A stretch of 64,000 nt of DNA from Octopus vulgaris (GCA_951406725.2 OX597816.1:59582001-59646000); one strand, 5' to 3'. Numbered from the stretch's first letter, positions 1 through 13,366 are shown. The notes: a model not told the origin generated them from the sequence alone. Program-made: numbers and translations.

Positions 1-153
1 AGGTTGGAATGAATATATATTCACAGAACAGGGGTTGGAACGAATATATATTCACAGAACAGCGGTTGGAATGAATATATATTGACAGAACAGGGGTTGG
101 AATGAATATATATTCACAGAACAGCGGTTGGAATGAATATATTTTCACAGAAT
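1..153. repeat. 31-bp minisatellite, about 5 copies, truncated by window start
   Basis: Unit GGTTGGAATGAATATATATTCACAGAACAGG/C recurs at 2, 33, 64, 95 and 126. Confidence 0.9.
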
Positions 154-566
154 GCTAGTATTCTTTTATAGGATCAAATGTCTTTTTGATGTAGAGAAAA
201 CCTAATGGCAGTGAGCTGGCAGAACCATTAGCACACCAGTGCCATTTCATCTGCCTTTATATTCTAAGTTCAAATTCCACTAAGGTAAATTTTTCCTTTC
301 AGGAGTCAATAACTATAATTACCTGTTGAACATTGGGGTTGATGTAATCAACTTAACCTTTTGCTTTTGTATCACCATTTTAAACCCAATATAAAGTAAA
401 CCATTGTTGCAGAGTTTGTTTTTTTAAATAGTGGCAGACAAGGTGTGTTTATGAATTAACATTCCATTTGTTAATGCTCGTAAATAATTTATATGTTAAA
501 AGGACATTTGGTATTTATCTACCATGACCTTGATGTCCCACTTTAATAAAAGACAACCAATAAAGG

Positions 567-1478
567 GTGAATGAGTCTCTATTTTTGTTATTTGAAAAAA
601 CAGTTCGTTTCCATGTTTTTGTTTTTATGTTTTCGTTTCTCATTGTGTTCAACATTTTTTTATGCTCTGTACCCATATATGCATGTATATATACATATAA
701 ATGTTGGTATGTACATATATGTATGTATACATGCATATATTTATATTATTATTTATATTATTATATGATCGAACGCCACGCATCCTTTTCCAAGTAAGTT
801 TTATCTTAATAATTATGATGCGCACTCTTCTTTACTATTTCTCCTCTGTCTATCTCTCCCTCTCTGGGTTTTCTCTCCCACCCTACCCTATTCTTCTCCT
901 CTCCCCTTCACTGTTCCCTTTCTCTTACTCCTCCTCAACTCTCTCGTCACTGACACATGATGAGAGGGAAGCCATCTTTCCAACTGCTATCTTCACCAAG
1001 ACCAGACCACTTATCCTATCTCTCTCATAAGTTGTCTCCTCAAGAGTTCAGAATAATTTTTCCATCGTCTCGGCTTAACAGCCCTCATCGTTTGTTTTTA
1101 CTGAGTTATTCTCTTTGTTCTGTCTTTTACAGTTTTTACTGTCTTGTTTTGTTCTTACTGTTCTGTTCTTGTTACCACTTTTACCCCTCCGCAAAAAATC
1201 CCAAATTTTATTTAATTTGCTTTGCGGGAAGGACTGTTTCAACGAAGTTGCGTCTTGTCCTTACCTTTGAAATGCGGAGTAGATGAAACAGGGACAACTG
1301 AAGAAGGGGAATGTTCCTTGTGTTGCATGCCTTGTACTCTGCTTTTTCATTGTTTGAAAAAAAGTTTGTTTCCATGTTTTTGTTCCTCATTGTGTTCAAC
1401 ATTTTTTTGATGTCCTGTACCCATATATGCATGTATATATACATATAGATGTTGGTATGTACATATATGTATGTAATA
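567..1478 (+). mobile_element. Putative Penelope-like pLTR remnant with directly repeated terminal segment
   Basis: About 580-735 is repeated at about 1345-1475 (TTTGAAAAAA...CATTGTGTTCAACATTTTTT...CTGTACCCATATATGCATG). Related copies lie at about 29150-29360 (-) and 55080-55470 (+). It contains CTGAAGAAGG at about 1298. The family assignment is inference. Confidence 0.45.
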
Positions 1479-1509
1479 GATGAACATCAATGGAATTTGT
1501 ATCTTTGTG

Positions 1510-1951
1510 GTACCAGTGCCGGTGGCACACAAGAAAACCATCCGAACGTGGCCGTAGCTAGTACCGCATCGACTGGCCTCCGTGCTGTGGGCACGTAACA
1601 AACACCATCCAATCGTAGTTGTTCGCCAGCCTCATCTGGCACCTGTGTCGGTGGCACATAAAAACACCATCCGAGCGTGGCCGTCTGCCAGCCTCGTCTG
1701 GCACCTGTGTCGGTGGCACATAAAAAACACCATCCGAGCGTGGCCGTTCGCCAGCCTCGTCTGGCACCTGTGTCGGTGGCACATAAAATCACCCACTACA
1801 CTCTCGGAGTGGTTGGCGTTAGGAAGGGCATCCAGCTGTAGAAACACTGCCAGATCTGACTGGCCTGGTGCAGCCTTCGGGCTCCCCAGACCCCAGTTGA
1901 ACCGTCCAACCCATGCTAGCATGGAGAGCGGACGTTAAATGATGATGATGA
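1510..1951 (+). mobile_element. SINE-like family C (RTE-type 3' tail, internal ~55-60 bp tandem repeats, (GAT)n end)
   Basis: Shared core CACCCACTACACTCTCGGAGTGGTTGGCGTTAGGAAGGGCATCCAGCTGTAGAAAC...CCATGCTAGCATGGAAAGCGGACGTTAAA(TGA)n. Other copies (approximate): 2592-2871(+), 6416-6850(-), 11545-11968(+), 18102-18425(-), 18630-18998(+), 19697-19875(+), 31615-31915(+), 39851-40257(-), 45873-46165(-), 47355-47660(-). Confidence 0.8.
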
Positions 1952-1996
1952 TATATGCATATATTTATATATTATTTATATTATATATATATATAT

Positions 1997-2043
<47 letters not shown>

Positions 2044-4076
2044 CATACACACATGTGTGTGTGTGTGTGTGTGTGTATGTGCGTGTATATGTTTGTGTGT
2101 CTGTGTTTGTCTCCCTAACATCGGTTGACAACCGATGCTGGTGTGTTTACGTCCCCCGTAACTTAGTGGTTTGGCAAAAGGGACCAATAGAATAAGTACT
2201 AGGCTTACAAAGAATAAGTCCTGGGGTCGATTTGCTCGACTAAAGGCAGTGCTCCAGCATGGCCACAGTCAAATGACTGAAACAAGTAAAAGAGTAAAGA
2301 GTAAAGAGCACATAAGAATAACAAGAGAGAAGAGTGAACCTTTAAAGAGGAACCATTAAGAGGAAACGGTGTAGAGGCATTTTCAGGAATAATGCTGGTG
2401 TATTTTGGGAAAATATGGAATTTTTGAAGAAGGATGCTATGTCCTCTTGATGCTATGTGTTGATCTTGGTGTTGGGTGTTGTATTTTAGTAATACTAAAT
2501 GGGACAAAAGTTCCCATTGCTGGATGCTTTCAGTTTCGATTTCAAAGATTTATGGTTGCCTGGCAAAAAGTATTTTGGTTTTATGTGGACAACCAACGTC
2601 ACCTTACTGGCACCTGTGCTGGTGGCATGTGTAAAAAGATTCGAGCGAGGTCATTGCCAGTACCGCCTGACTGGCCCACGTGCCGGTGGCATGTAAAAAG
2701 CACCCACTATACTCTCGGAGTGGTTGGCGTTAGGAAGAGCATCCAGCTGTAGAAACTCTGCCAAATCAAGATTGGAGCCTGGTGCAGCCACCTGGTTCGC
2801 CAGCCCTCAGCCAAAATCGTCCAACCCATGCTAGCATGGAAAGCGGACGTTAAACGATGATGATGATGATGAAGTTAACTGAGGTAATTGCATTCCTCTC
2901 TGAGTGAAGGTGAAGGCAGTGTGTGTGTGTGGTGTGTGCATTTGGTGGAGGGGAGACATGGAAGGATAGGATAAGGGTGGTTAATGCTTCAGCAGAAATC
3001 AAACAGGATGAGTAACTGTCAGAGTGAAACTTGATCCGACATACTCGTCAGTGTATCCCATACTATAATCTATCTATATTCCACACATGATTAACAAAGA
3101 TATTTATAAATATCAGAGAAGTTAAGGAGAAAAATAACTGCACAGAGTGCATTGTTAAGTGCAGGACTTTGGTAAAGAGAGAGGAAAGGGAGAGTGTGTG
3201 TGTTAGGGGAAGAAAAAGTGTAGCAGGGTATATGGTGAGGGTGGTTTACAGTAGGTATGTTCTGAATGGAATAACAAACACCGCAGCCAATGAAATCTAG
3301 AATTGTTACGATAACGGTAAGGCTTCATGCATTAGTAGATCAATTATTGAGATAATTATAAATAAACAAGCTAACATAAGTAGCTTGTATGTGGATGCTC
3401 AGCGAGCTAGAAATAGCTATCACATCTCTCTTAAATTGCCCTCCACTGTATTAAAGAGAAAAAAAAGAATGGATACATTAAATAATGCAGTGCTAGGTGT
3501 CTGGGCAAGAAAAGAAAAGGATGGTTACTAAGATAAGTTTATTGAAACATAGCTGAACAATGGCTAAACAACAACACAAGATATGTGTATATGAGGGAGG
3601 TGGAGATGACAGAGAGGGAGAGAGAGATGGGGAGAGGGAGAGAGAGTGAGAAAGAGATGGGGAGAGAGAGAGTGAGAGAGATGGGGAGAGAGAGTGAGAG
3701 AGAGATGCGGAGAGAGAGTGAGAGCAAGAATGGAAAACAAGCGTTTGTTTTTATGCTTCACCTGAAGGAAAACAAAAAAGATAAGACGTCATCACCCACC
3801 ACTCAAGACACTTCACTCATGCCCACCACAACCATTGACTGGAACTACAGATGGTTTATTCCAATTAATCATAATCAAAATAATCAATCAAGACCGACTA
3901 ATTAAGAGTTAATAAAAATATACGATCATGTAATTAATCTTATGAACTGAACTGAATCATTAAACTTAATTAGAGCTATGATTTAATTAACTTATTGTCG
4001 TTGCTGTTTAGCCTATAGTCAGTCCTGACAGCAGAACTATGAATAAAAGTATTCCAACCACGCCCATCATGTTTGT

Positions 4077-4107
<31 letters not shown>

Positions 4108-4637
4108 TTGTGTATTTAGAACTAGATCATTCAATGCACTATTTACATTTCTTTCAGACAGTAGGGTGTAGTTTAAGAGGGTTAAGGCTGCTATTTCTAG
4201 TGGGTTGAGCATCCATGTAGAGGCTTGTAATTAACCTATAATTACAATTAGGTTCTATGGGGATGAATATTTTGGCAATGAAAAAAATATAAATCACATG
4301 TCTGTAAAGTGGTTTGCATCAGGAAGGGCATCAAGGTGTAGTCAGCATGCCAAAGCAGACATTGGTATACGATGCTCATCCAATCTTGTCAAGCCATCCA
4401 AATCATGCCAGCATGGAACATGGATGCTAAATGATGAGGAAGATTATATATATATGTGTGTGTATACATGTAGGCGTGGCTGTGTGGTAGGAAGCTTGCT
4501 TCCCAACCACATGGTTCTGAGTTCAGTCCAACTGCATAGCACCTTCGGTAAGTGTCTTCTACTATAATCTCAGAGCAACCGAAGCCTTGTGAGTGGATTT
4601 GGAAGACGGAAACTGAAAGAAACCCATCATATGTATG

Positions 4638-4676
<39 letters not shown>

Positions 4677-4789
4677 AATTTACAAAAACCAAAACAAAAG
4701 ACGAAGACAGTTGTGTAAACAGCAAACAGATGTATTAGTTTAACAGTTGGGAAGCGAGAAAGTCTTTTACGTTTTGAGTCTATGCTCTT

Positions 4790-5374
4790 CATGGTGTGTG
4801 CATCACTAAAACTTGAGAACTACCCAACCGATTTCATTCAAATTTTACACATGCCTTACTTAGGGTCCATGCAGTGTCATGGGCCAAAAAAAAAGTTCAA
4901 CTCTTGCCTAGTGCATGCCTGGAACAATCTCTTATTTCTTACACTATTTCATTATTATGTGTCAAAAGTGAAATAATAACATCTCTATTGTAATATTATG
5001 AGATACTTTCAGTTTTAATACTTTCAATATTAATACTGAAACTATTATCTCACTTACATATATACATGCATACATACATATATATATATACTCTGCTATA
5101 TCAGATTGGAGCCTGGAGCAGCCACCTGTTTCGCCAGTCCTCAATCAAATCGTTCAACCCACGCTAGCATAGAAAGCAGACGTTAAACGACGACGATGAT
5201 GATGATGTATATATATATATATGCATGTATGTATATGTGTGTATATGTGTGTGTGTGTGTGTGTATGTCTGTGTTTGTTTGTACCCCCACCATTGCTTGA
5301 CAACTGATGGTGGGAGTACAATAAAAAAACTATGCCGTTTTAATCCCAAGCAATGCTGGGTATCTCTGCTAGTA
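4790..5374 (+). mobile_element. Non-autonomous Helitron-like element, interrupted by SINE pieces
   Basis: 4790-5050 is homologous to about 45240-45475 (-). The 3' end at about 5345-5374 has a short hairpin (CCCAAGCAATGCTGGG) followed by CTAGT, the canonical Helitron 3' signature. Confidence 0.45.
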
Positions 5375-6957
5375 CATATATATATATATATATATATATA
5401 TTCTTTTACTCGTTTCAGTCATTTGACTGCAGCCATGCTGGAGCACATGCTGGAAATGCTTAGCAGTATTTCATCAGTCTTTGAATTCTGACTTCAAATT
5501 CCGCTGAGATCGACATTGCCTTTCATTCTTTCGAGGTTGATAAATTAAGTACCAGTTGCATACTGGGATCGATCTAATAGTCATCCCCATAGAACCTAAT
5601 TGTAATTATAGGTTAATTACAAGCCTCTACATGGATGTTCAACCCACTAGAAATTTTGGGCCTTGTACCTAGAGTACAAAAGAAAGTTTAATGCAACACA
5701 ATCAACTGTCGGGATCTAAGTTAAGATTTCATGTAATGATGTCACAGTTAGATAAAAACATACACCAGGCCTCCTGATTTGTAACCATGTGGTTTTGGTT
5801 TCAGTCCCACTGGATAGCACCTTGGATAAAAGTTTTCTATTATAGCCACAGGGCTGACTAATGTCATGTGAATGAATTTAGTAGATAGAAACTGTGCAAA
5901 GCTTGTTGTGCGTGTGTGTGTGTGTGAATCCATGTCAATGGTTACATTCTGCACTGAGCTGAGCTATGGACGGTGCCATTTGCTTACATTTTCCTTTCAA
6001 TGAATCATCCGGTAACTCTGCACTTTCAACAAAGACAAACAGATTGAAAAATCTTCCTTACTTGAAAAGCGAGTGTTAGTAACTGGAAGAACATCAAATA
6101 ATGTCTCAATAATATGTAATCTTCTGACCCATGCCAGCACAGAGAAATGGATGTAAAGTTAACAAAAAAAACCAAATGAATGAGTATGTGTTTGTGTGTG
6201 CATACATATGTATGTGTATGTGTCTCCTTGTCTTGACATAGTATGGTATTTATAACAGAGTATTACTGTCATGCAATCTTCCATGAAAACATGTCTGGCC
6301 ATGGAGAAATATTACTTTGCTTGGAAACAGGTGAATGTTGGCAACAGGTAGGGCATTCAGCCATAGAAAATTTGCTTCAACTAATTCAGTCCGTCCTACG
6401 CAAGCATAATAATAATCATCATCATCGTTTAACGTCCGCTTTCCATGCTAGCATGGGTTGGACAATTTGACTGAGGGCTGGTGAACCAGATGGCTGCACC
6501 AGGTTTCAATCTTGATCTGGCAAAGTTTCTACAGCTGGATGCCCTTCCTAATGCCAACCACTCTGAGAGTGTAGTGGGTGCTTTTTATGTGCCAGTCAGG
6601 CGGTACTGGCAACGATCACGCTCGAATGGTGTCTTTTATGTGCTACCAGCACGGAGGCCAGATAGCCGCTCTGGCAACGATCACGCTCGGATGGTGCTCT
6701 TAATACCCTACTAGTAGGCGACGCTGGGAACGATCATGCTCGAATGGTGCCTTTTAGGTGCCACTGGCACGGAAGCCGGTTAGGCACTCTATCAATGATC
6801 ACACTCATATGGTGCTCTTTGCACCCCGCTAGCACGGACGCCATCGAATTTGATTTTGATTTTGATTTTTGGTAGACACCAAAATGATGATCACACACAC
6901 GTGTAAATGCACACACACACACAAATACAACAGTTGAATGACAGCACAACAACATAC

Positions 6958-7089
6958 CTTTGAGAAGTAACTGTGTCGACTGAAGACAGTTTTTGGATGC
7001 CATAATATGCAGAGGTGTGTTCTGGTACATATCACATTTGTTGCTGTCCCAGCCTTTGTCTAGCAAGTGTTCCAAGATGTCTCTGAAAT
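6958..7089 (-). CDS. Ankyrin-repeat protein, coding exon 4 (132 nt, phase 1-1)
   Basis: Acceptor tgttgctttcag|AT and donor AAAG|gtatgt. Encodes (D)FRDILEHLLDKGWDSNKCDMYQNTPLHIMASKNCLQSTQLLLK(G), with the ankyrin TPLH motif. Phase matches the exon at 11272-11194. Confidence 0.88.
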
Positions 7090-7107
7090 CTGAAAGCAAC
7101 AAGGATA

Positions 7108-7333
7108 AACCCATTAGCATTTAGATTATTCTATCAAATGAAATGCTTATTTATTTACATTACTTGAAATTAATCCTGGATTATCTTGTATTTTTGAGAT
7201 TTTGATGTTATAACTGTTTATTTTTTGAATAACATTGTAGGGTAGGTGTGAGAGGACAGATCTGGCCTGTTTGAACCTAAAGCAGGTAGAATATTTTGGC
7301 CGGATATGGCCAGTTTAAATGCTAAAGAGTTAA
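7108..7333. mobile_element. piggyBac-type MITE (TTAA-associated)
   Basis: Ends AACCCATTAGCATTTA...TAAATGCTAAAGAGTTAA. A homologous copy lies at about 9288-9508. It sits about 20 nt from the exon-4 acceptor. Confidence 0.55.
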
Positions 7334-10090
7334 GGCCATTGCAATGAAAGATGTGCATCTATGGGGGTTTGTTGAGTTTGTAAAGTAAGAAAGCAGATTT
7401 AGCACTTTAACAATTAGTAGAAGGATACAACCCAAGAATGTGAAAAAATGCTTAGCTGTCAGTGGGAAGTGAGTATGACTTTGTAGTCGTTACCACACTT
7501 TTACTAATTGTTTTAATGGGCCTATGTAGTCACGAGCAGACATTAAAATTCCTCTTAGCTTCCCCCACCATGCTTGACTCAGCAGAAAATAAAGGATGTA
7601 ACAGCTAGAGCAAAGGGAGCGGTGGGGGAGGGGGCTGCTGTACTAACAGTCGGCTGGTACACATTTACAGTCAAATAGACTGGAACAAAATGACATGAAG
7701 TACCATGCACAAAGATATGACACAACTGCTCAATCCAGGAAATGAACTCATGACCTTATGATTGTAGAACCAACACCCTAACCACTAAGCCATTTAACTT
7801 CACATTACATACTGAAGAATAACTAAAGAATACCACAAGCATTTTAAAATCTTTATGTTAGTGTCTGTAAAGAATTGCTGCTGGAAAAACTGGCATGGTG
7901 GTGTGGGGAGGGTGGGGTGGAGTTGGAATCTTAAGAAATTTTTTTTTTAAATTTCACTCTGTTAGTTACGTCAGTGACTACTTACTGTTTATAACAGAGG
8001 GAGTGGGGTTGATTGAGGTGGTGTGAGGAAGAGACAGAAATGATAGTGACGAGGAGCACTGTATGGTAATTGTCCATTCATAAAATTTGTTAGGTAGTCA
8101 CCATTAAACTATAATCTATATCTATATTGATTTTTCTTTTGTTTCCCTAGTGATTTCTCTAGTTATTGATTTCTGTAAATAAAATAATGAGTTGCTATTG
8201 TTTAGCCCTAGGCAGAGTTAGATCAGGTAGACTTATGATCAAGTGCTTTCCAGTCTTTAACATCCTATCATATTTTTAAACAGTAGTATATCTCAGACTA
8301 CATTCCTAGAAGTATCCTTTCCATTTTTTAAAGATGGTTAGGTGGGTATAATATGAGCTTGATTTAGCTACTATTTCCAACAAGTCAAACAAGAGATCAT
8401 ATAGTGGTTCCCTTGTTGGCCCATGAAATATCGAGGCCTTAGACAAGTAACACGATGCACATACCCCACCATCAGCTTAGTCACTGCCGCTATTAAAATC
8501 ATCCTCATCCTTATTGCTGTCGTCATCACCATCACCACCACCACCACCACATCATCATGATTTTATGACCATCTTCCAGGCTGATATGGGTAGAATGGAT
8601 CACCATGATTCAAGTCAGTTCTTTGGAGTCTCTTTGACCCTAGACAGGTCAGGAGACTACATTTTATTTAAACAATTCACTTTGGAAATGGTTCCTATGC
8701 CTGGATGTCCTTCCAACCAACTTTTGGAGTGTATTGAATGCATTTTCTTGTGGCAATGGCACTAAAGAAGTTGATATATCCTTAAACATTCTAAAGGATC
8801 CTCTTGTCTCCAGACAATAGCTGTGTGCTAAGGTGTTTGCAGGCACAGACATAACCGTGTATTAAGAAGTTTGCTTCCCAACCATATGATTCCAGGTTCA
8901 GTCCTACTAAGTACCACCTTGTGCCATTGTGTGTGTTTGTGTTTGTCCCCCCATCACCAAATTATTCTTTCAAGAACTTACATAATTTGGGGCATCAACT
9001 CAATGCCTCTGTAGTTGTCTCTACCCATCTCACCCTCTGTTTAATGCATCTCCTTTCCTCTTGTGACAATTATGATACAGCTATACCAGTCATTACATGT
9101 ATCACCCCTCTGTACTACCTGACATCCTATGTCAATAATTAGCACATGACCTAATTTGCTAGGCATTCTCAGCATTTTAACAACAAAGCTTTCCTACTCT
9201 GCTTTCATATCCTTAATGCATTTGCAAGTATATATGTATGTGTGCATCTGTGCATGTTAAATATCAGGTTATTATTTTAAAGCTAGTTTAACCTTTCAAC
9301 ATTCAGATTTCTTTACCGTAATGCTTATTGATTCACATAGTTTTGAATTAATCATTCATTATCTGGTAGTCTTGAGACTTCAATAATGGGGTTATTTATT
9401 TTTGGACTGACATTGTAGGGTAGGTTAAGAGTCTGGTTCTGGCCAGTTTGAATGTAAAAGGCTGAATATTTTGGCTGGATATGGTCAGTTTGAAATGCCA
9501 AAGAATTAATAATAATAACCAAACATTTAATAATAAGGTGACTTTATGTTGGGAGAAGAGTTGAATTTATTGTGAAGTCCCACTTATCTTGAACTTCACA
9601 AGGTGTGTGTATGTATGTGTTTGTGTGTGTATAAATATATCCTGGTTTGTAAAATAGTTACACTGCGCCCTAGTATTTGGCATCAGCAAAGGTATCCACC
9701 AATGAAACACTAGCTTAAAATATCTATGTCCACCTTGTCCATCTTACATGCTGGCATGACTTGGACAAGTCATTCTGATTGTGTGTGGATGATTTTGCCC
9801 TTTCACCTTTCTGGGCTTGATTAAATAACTACCTGTAATTATACTGGAGGTGAATTTGGATTTCACCAATCCTCGTTTGTTTCAATTAACTCGTTACCTT
9901 ATTAGAATATTGAATATTGTCAAGCGATCTTGTGTAGCAAGTTACTCAGTAAATTCACTGGTGTCAGTGGAATGAAAAAGCAGCGAGTATTTTCTGATGT
10001 AGTTGGTGTTAGGAAGGTCATCCACCTGAAGAAACTATGCCAAAGTATAGACTGGAGCTCAACATTGGATTCTTTCAAAACCATCTAGAT

Positions 10091-10305
10091 CAAGGATTCC
10101 TAACTGGTGGTTCCTGACTGCCTTGGGGGGTGGGGGTCATGAAGCCTTGGCAGTAGGGTCGCATAGCCTTGCTAGAAGTGGCTTGATATAATAATAATTT
10201 CAACTCATCAATTACATTTTTTATGCTCTGCTTAAAGTAGGGGGCCATGTGGGTTTCAAGCTTTTGGGTAAGGAGTTGCGAATGCAAAAACGTTAGGAAC
10301 CGCTG
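10091..10305. mobile_element. hAT (Charlie-like) MITE
   Basis: TIRs CAAGGATTCCTAAC / GTTAGGAACCGCTG, with a perfect 8-bp TSD ATCTAGAT on both sides. Confidence 0.8.
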
Positions 10306-11007
10306 ATCTAGATGGATGCTAATGATAACGAATTTTGGCACAAAGCATCAAATTTGGAAGATGGGGTATTGTTGATAATGTCAACCCCAGGACTTGATTG
10401 AATGTATATTTTATCAACCCTGACAGAGTCATCTACAGCCGGATTTGAACTCAGAACATAGTCATTACTAAATACCAAAAGGTATTTTATTCCACATTTT
10501 TGCCAGTCCATTGCTCTATCATAAGAAATCATTATTTACTGTCCATTTTTTTATACTGGCATGGACTGGACAAATTGGACAGAATGTTAGGATTCAAACA
10601 AGCCACAGGGCTGCATCAAACTCTAAAGCCTGCTTTTGCATGGTTTCTAGGAGTCAATGTCTTTCCTAACCCTAACCACTTTACAGAGTGGATCAAATAC
10701 TTTCGATGTGGCACCAACACTAGTGAGGTCGTCAACTTGCAAAACACAGTAGAGAAAGGAAAAGGAAAAAGCCTCCTTGACTGAGTGGGGGAGAGTATCT
10801 GGGAGAGAGGGGGCAGCTTTCTGACAAGTGCTGGAAGTGGGGGTGGGGTGAAGTATGATACAAGCACAGATATACATTATATACATTTGACGGATATTTG
10901 TCCTCATCTTTGTTGTTGTTATACCCTCCAGCCTTCATCAGGTGTCTTGCGGAAATTTCAAACCTGGGTTCTCATTCCTAACGTATTTTTCGTTGTTGTT
11001 GTTGTTA

Positions 11008-11038
<31 letters not shown>

Positions 11039-11193
11039 AATTATTATTATTATTATTATTATTCAGGAATCGAACTCAGAATCTTGGGGATTGTAGCCCA
11101 TGCTCTTAAAACCACTACACCATATGCACAGATATCTTGCTCTCTTCTGTATGAAATATCAATAATCTATCAATAAGGTATTAACATATTGAC

Positions 11194-11272
11194 CTTTTAT
11201 AGCTGCTTCATAAACCGGAGTAACTCCATATTTGTTTGACACATCTTTCTGACAACCAGCATCAGACAGAAT
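11194..11272 (-). CDS. Ankyrin-repeat protein, coding exon 3 (79 nt, phase 0-1); not in the ORF track
   Basis: Acceptor ttttttcag|ATT. Encodes ILSDAGCQKDVSNKYGVTPVYEAAIK, an ankyrin G-x-TP motif. The donor AAAG|gtcaat is inferred from phase and the ankyrin register with the next exon. Confidence 0.8.
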
Positions 11273-11971
11273 CTGAAAAAATGAAAAAGAAAAATTCATA
11301 AATTGAAATTCCACACAAAAGAAGAGTGTATTGATTCTTTAGCAGTAAAATTAATCGTTCTGATGGCATAAACAATACTTTCTTTCCTCGAAAAATGTCT
11401 CAAAAAAAATCACCCGAGCCCTTTATGCAAAGGTGGACCTTCCACAAGTTTTAATACACCAAAAGCATTTTTCCAGATTAAGTGTTGCTGAAAATGGGAT
11501 GCATCTAAATATACTAGTGTGTTTTTTATGTTATAAAATATGGCACATCCGAGCGTGATTGTTGCCAGGGCCACGGATTGGCTCTCGTGCCGGTGGCATG
11601 CAGAAAGCACCATTCCAGCATAATCGTTGCCAGCATTGCCTTACCAACACATGTGCCAGTGGCATGTGAAAAATAACATTCGAGCATGATCGTTGCCAGT
11701 GCTGCTGGACTGGCTCCCGGGCAGGTAGCACATAAAAAACACCTTTTGAGCGTGGTCGTTGCCAGAACCACCTAACTGGCCCTTGTGCCATGACACATAA
11801 AAGCACCCACTACACTCTCGGAAGGAAGGGCATCCAGCTGTAGAAACTTTGCCAGATCAGATTGAGCCTGGTGCAGCCTTCTTCTGGCTCACCAATCCTC
11901 AGTCAAACCATCCAACCCATGCCAGCATGGAAAGCAGACGTTAAATGACAACAATGATGATGATGATAATG

Positions 11972-12320
11972 GTACTTCATCGCCCAGTTTAACATCATTA
12001 CTGGGTCTTTTGGTGCCTTTAGCAGGAGTCACTCTGTAGCCAGCAGGTATCTGATACCTTGCTATTAGATCTCTGATTAGATCTCCATCTGAAGAATGCA
12101 ACAGTAGCAAGCTATGACTGTTTCTACTTCCTTTCTTTCATCAATCTCAGAATCCCCTACACAAAGGCTGTCATGGACAAGAAAAAAAAATGCAGGGGCA
12201 ACAGAATGAATAGAAGAAGTGTAAACCCTGCAAATTGCAGCAGAGGCAACCTTTCTAACCTCCCAACTAAAAACTGACAAAATATAGAAAGCCCTCTAAA
12301 TGCCCTATTCTGGTGTTGGT
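11972..12320 (-). mobile_element. Highly decayed LINE (possibly RTE) fragment
   Basis: Frameshifted similarity by eye to the post-RT region of RTE elements (VETV..CY...IAR...LL). No splice context. Confidence 0.3.
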
Positions 12321-13333
12321 GGTATGATAAAGTGGGATCTTTGTGGTTTTTGTCACTGTTTACAATTAACTTTAAAAAGCCTTTTAAATGTATCATATAG
12401 ATGTAATTTTCGATGCTGAATCCGAATTTATTATTCCTTTATTCTAGAAAAATTTAGCAAAAATGTTGCAAGTGTTCAAAGTTTGAGAATTTTCAACCAA
12501 TCAGAAAACAGTACGTTTGCAGCCTCTTCCATCATCAGGAGGGGGGGGAGGCAACATCAGCATGTCAAAACATTAAACTGGGATTTTATAAATTATATTA
12601 TCTTTCTCATATCCCCTTCTCCTTGTGCACATGCATAGCATCCTTGATTACTATGAAAACAGTTCTTTGCAATCAGCTATGCAATACGTGGTGTGCTTTT
12701 GCTTTGGTTACTATGATAATGGAAATTTTTGCCATGGTTACATGTAAAATACTCGCTTCTAATTGTCCAAAATATCCAAATTTTGCAAATTTTAAAGTCT
12801 CCGATCTGATCTGGCAAGGTTTCTACAGCTAAGTGCCTTTCCTAGCACCAAACTCTCCAAGAGTGTAGTGGGTACTTTTTACATGCCACCAGTACAAGAG
12901 CCAGTCAGGCAGCACTGGCAATAACCACACTCAAATGGTGCTTTTGCATGTGTATGTATATATATACACACACACAAGCAAATTCAATTTATTGAATTTA
13001 TTCACAATGACATTCCCTTCAATAACACCAAGTTTTTTCTCCCTACTCATCTGCTACTCCTTTTGTTATTATTTTCCTTAACAAATTTAGACATTTACCC
13101 ACTCCCATATATATTTTTTCTTCGAAAATAAGCTTTCCCTTTTCTTCTCTCACTCTGTGCTTCCCACACATTTTCAATCGAATCTCCTGTGAATCTCCCT
13201 TCATTTGACTAAGGTATTGTGTGCCTCGAGTATAGCTAGTGGAGTAGACCCCTCATTTTGGGTAATTACTATTTCTAAGGCTCTGCTGGGAAACATATGT
13301 AGCCTGGATTTTATTTACTCCATTTTCTAAATT

Positions 13334-13366
<33 letters not shown>

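Noticed and set aside
1-153. 31-bp repeats as a CRISPR array
   Set aside because: Head-to-tail minisatellite without spacers.
1487-1938. Overlapping ORFs with repeated peptide motifs
   Set aside because: Products of the internal tandem units of a high-copy SINE-like element.
11889-12280. Additional exon of the ankyrin gene
   Set aside because: No ankyrin motif and no good splice sites. Exons 17536 and 11272 already join in frame and in repeat register.
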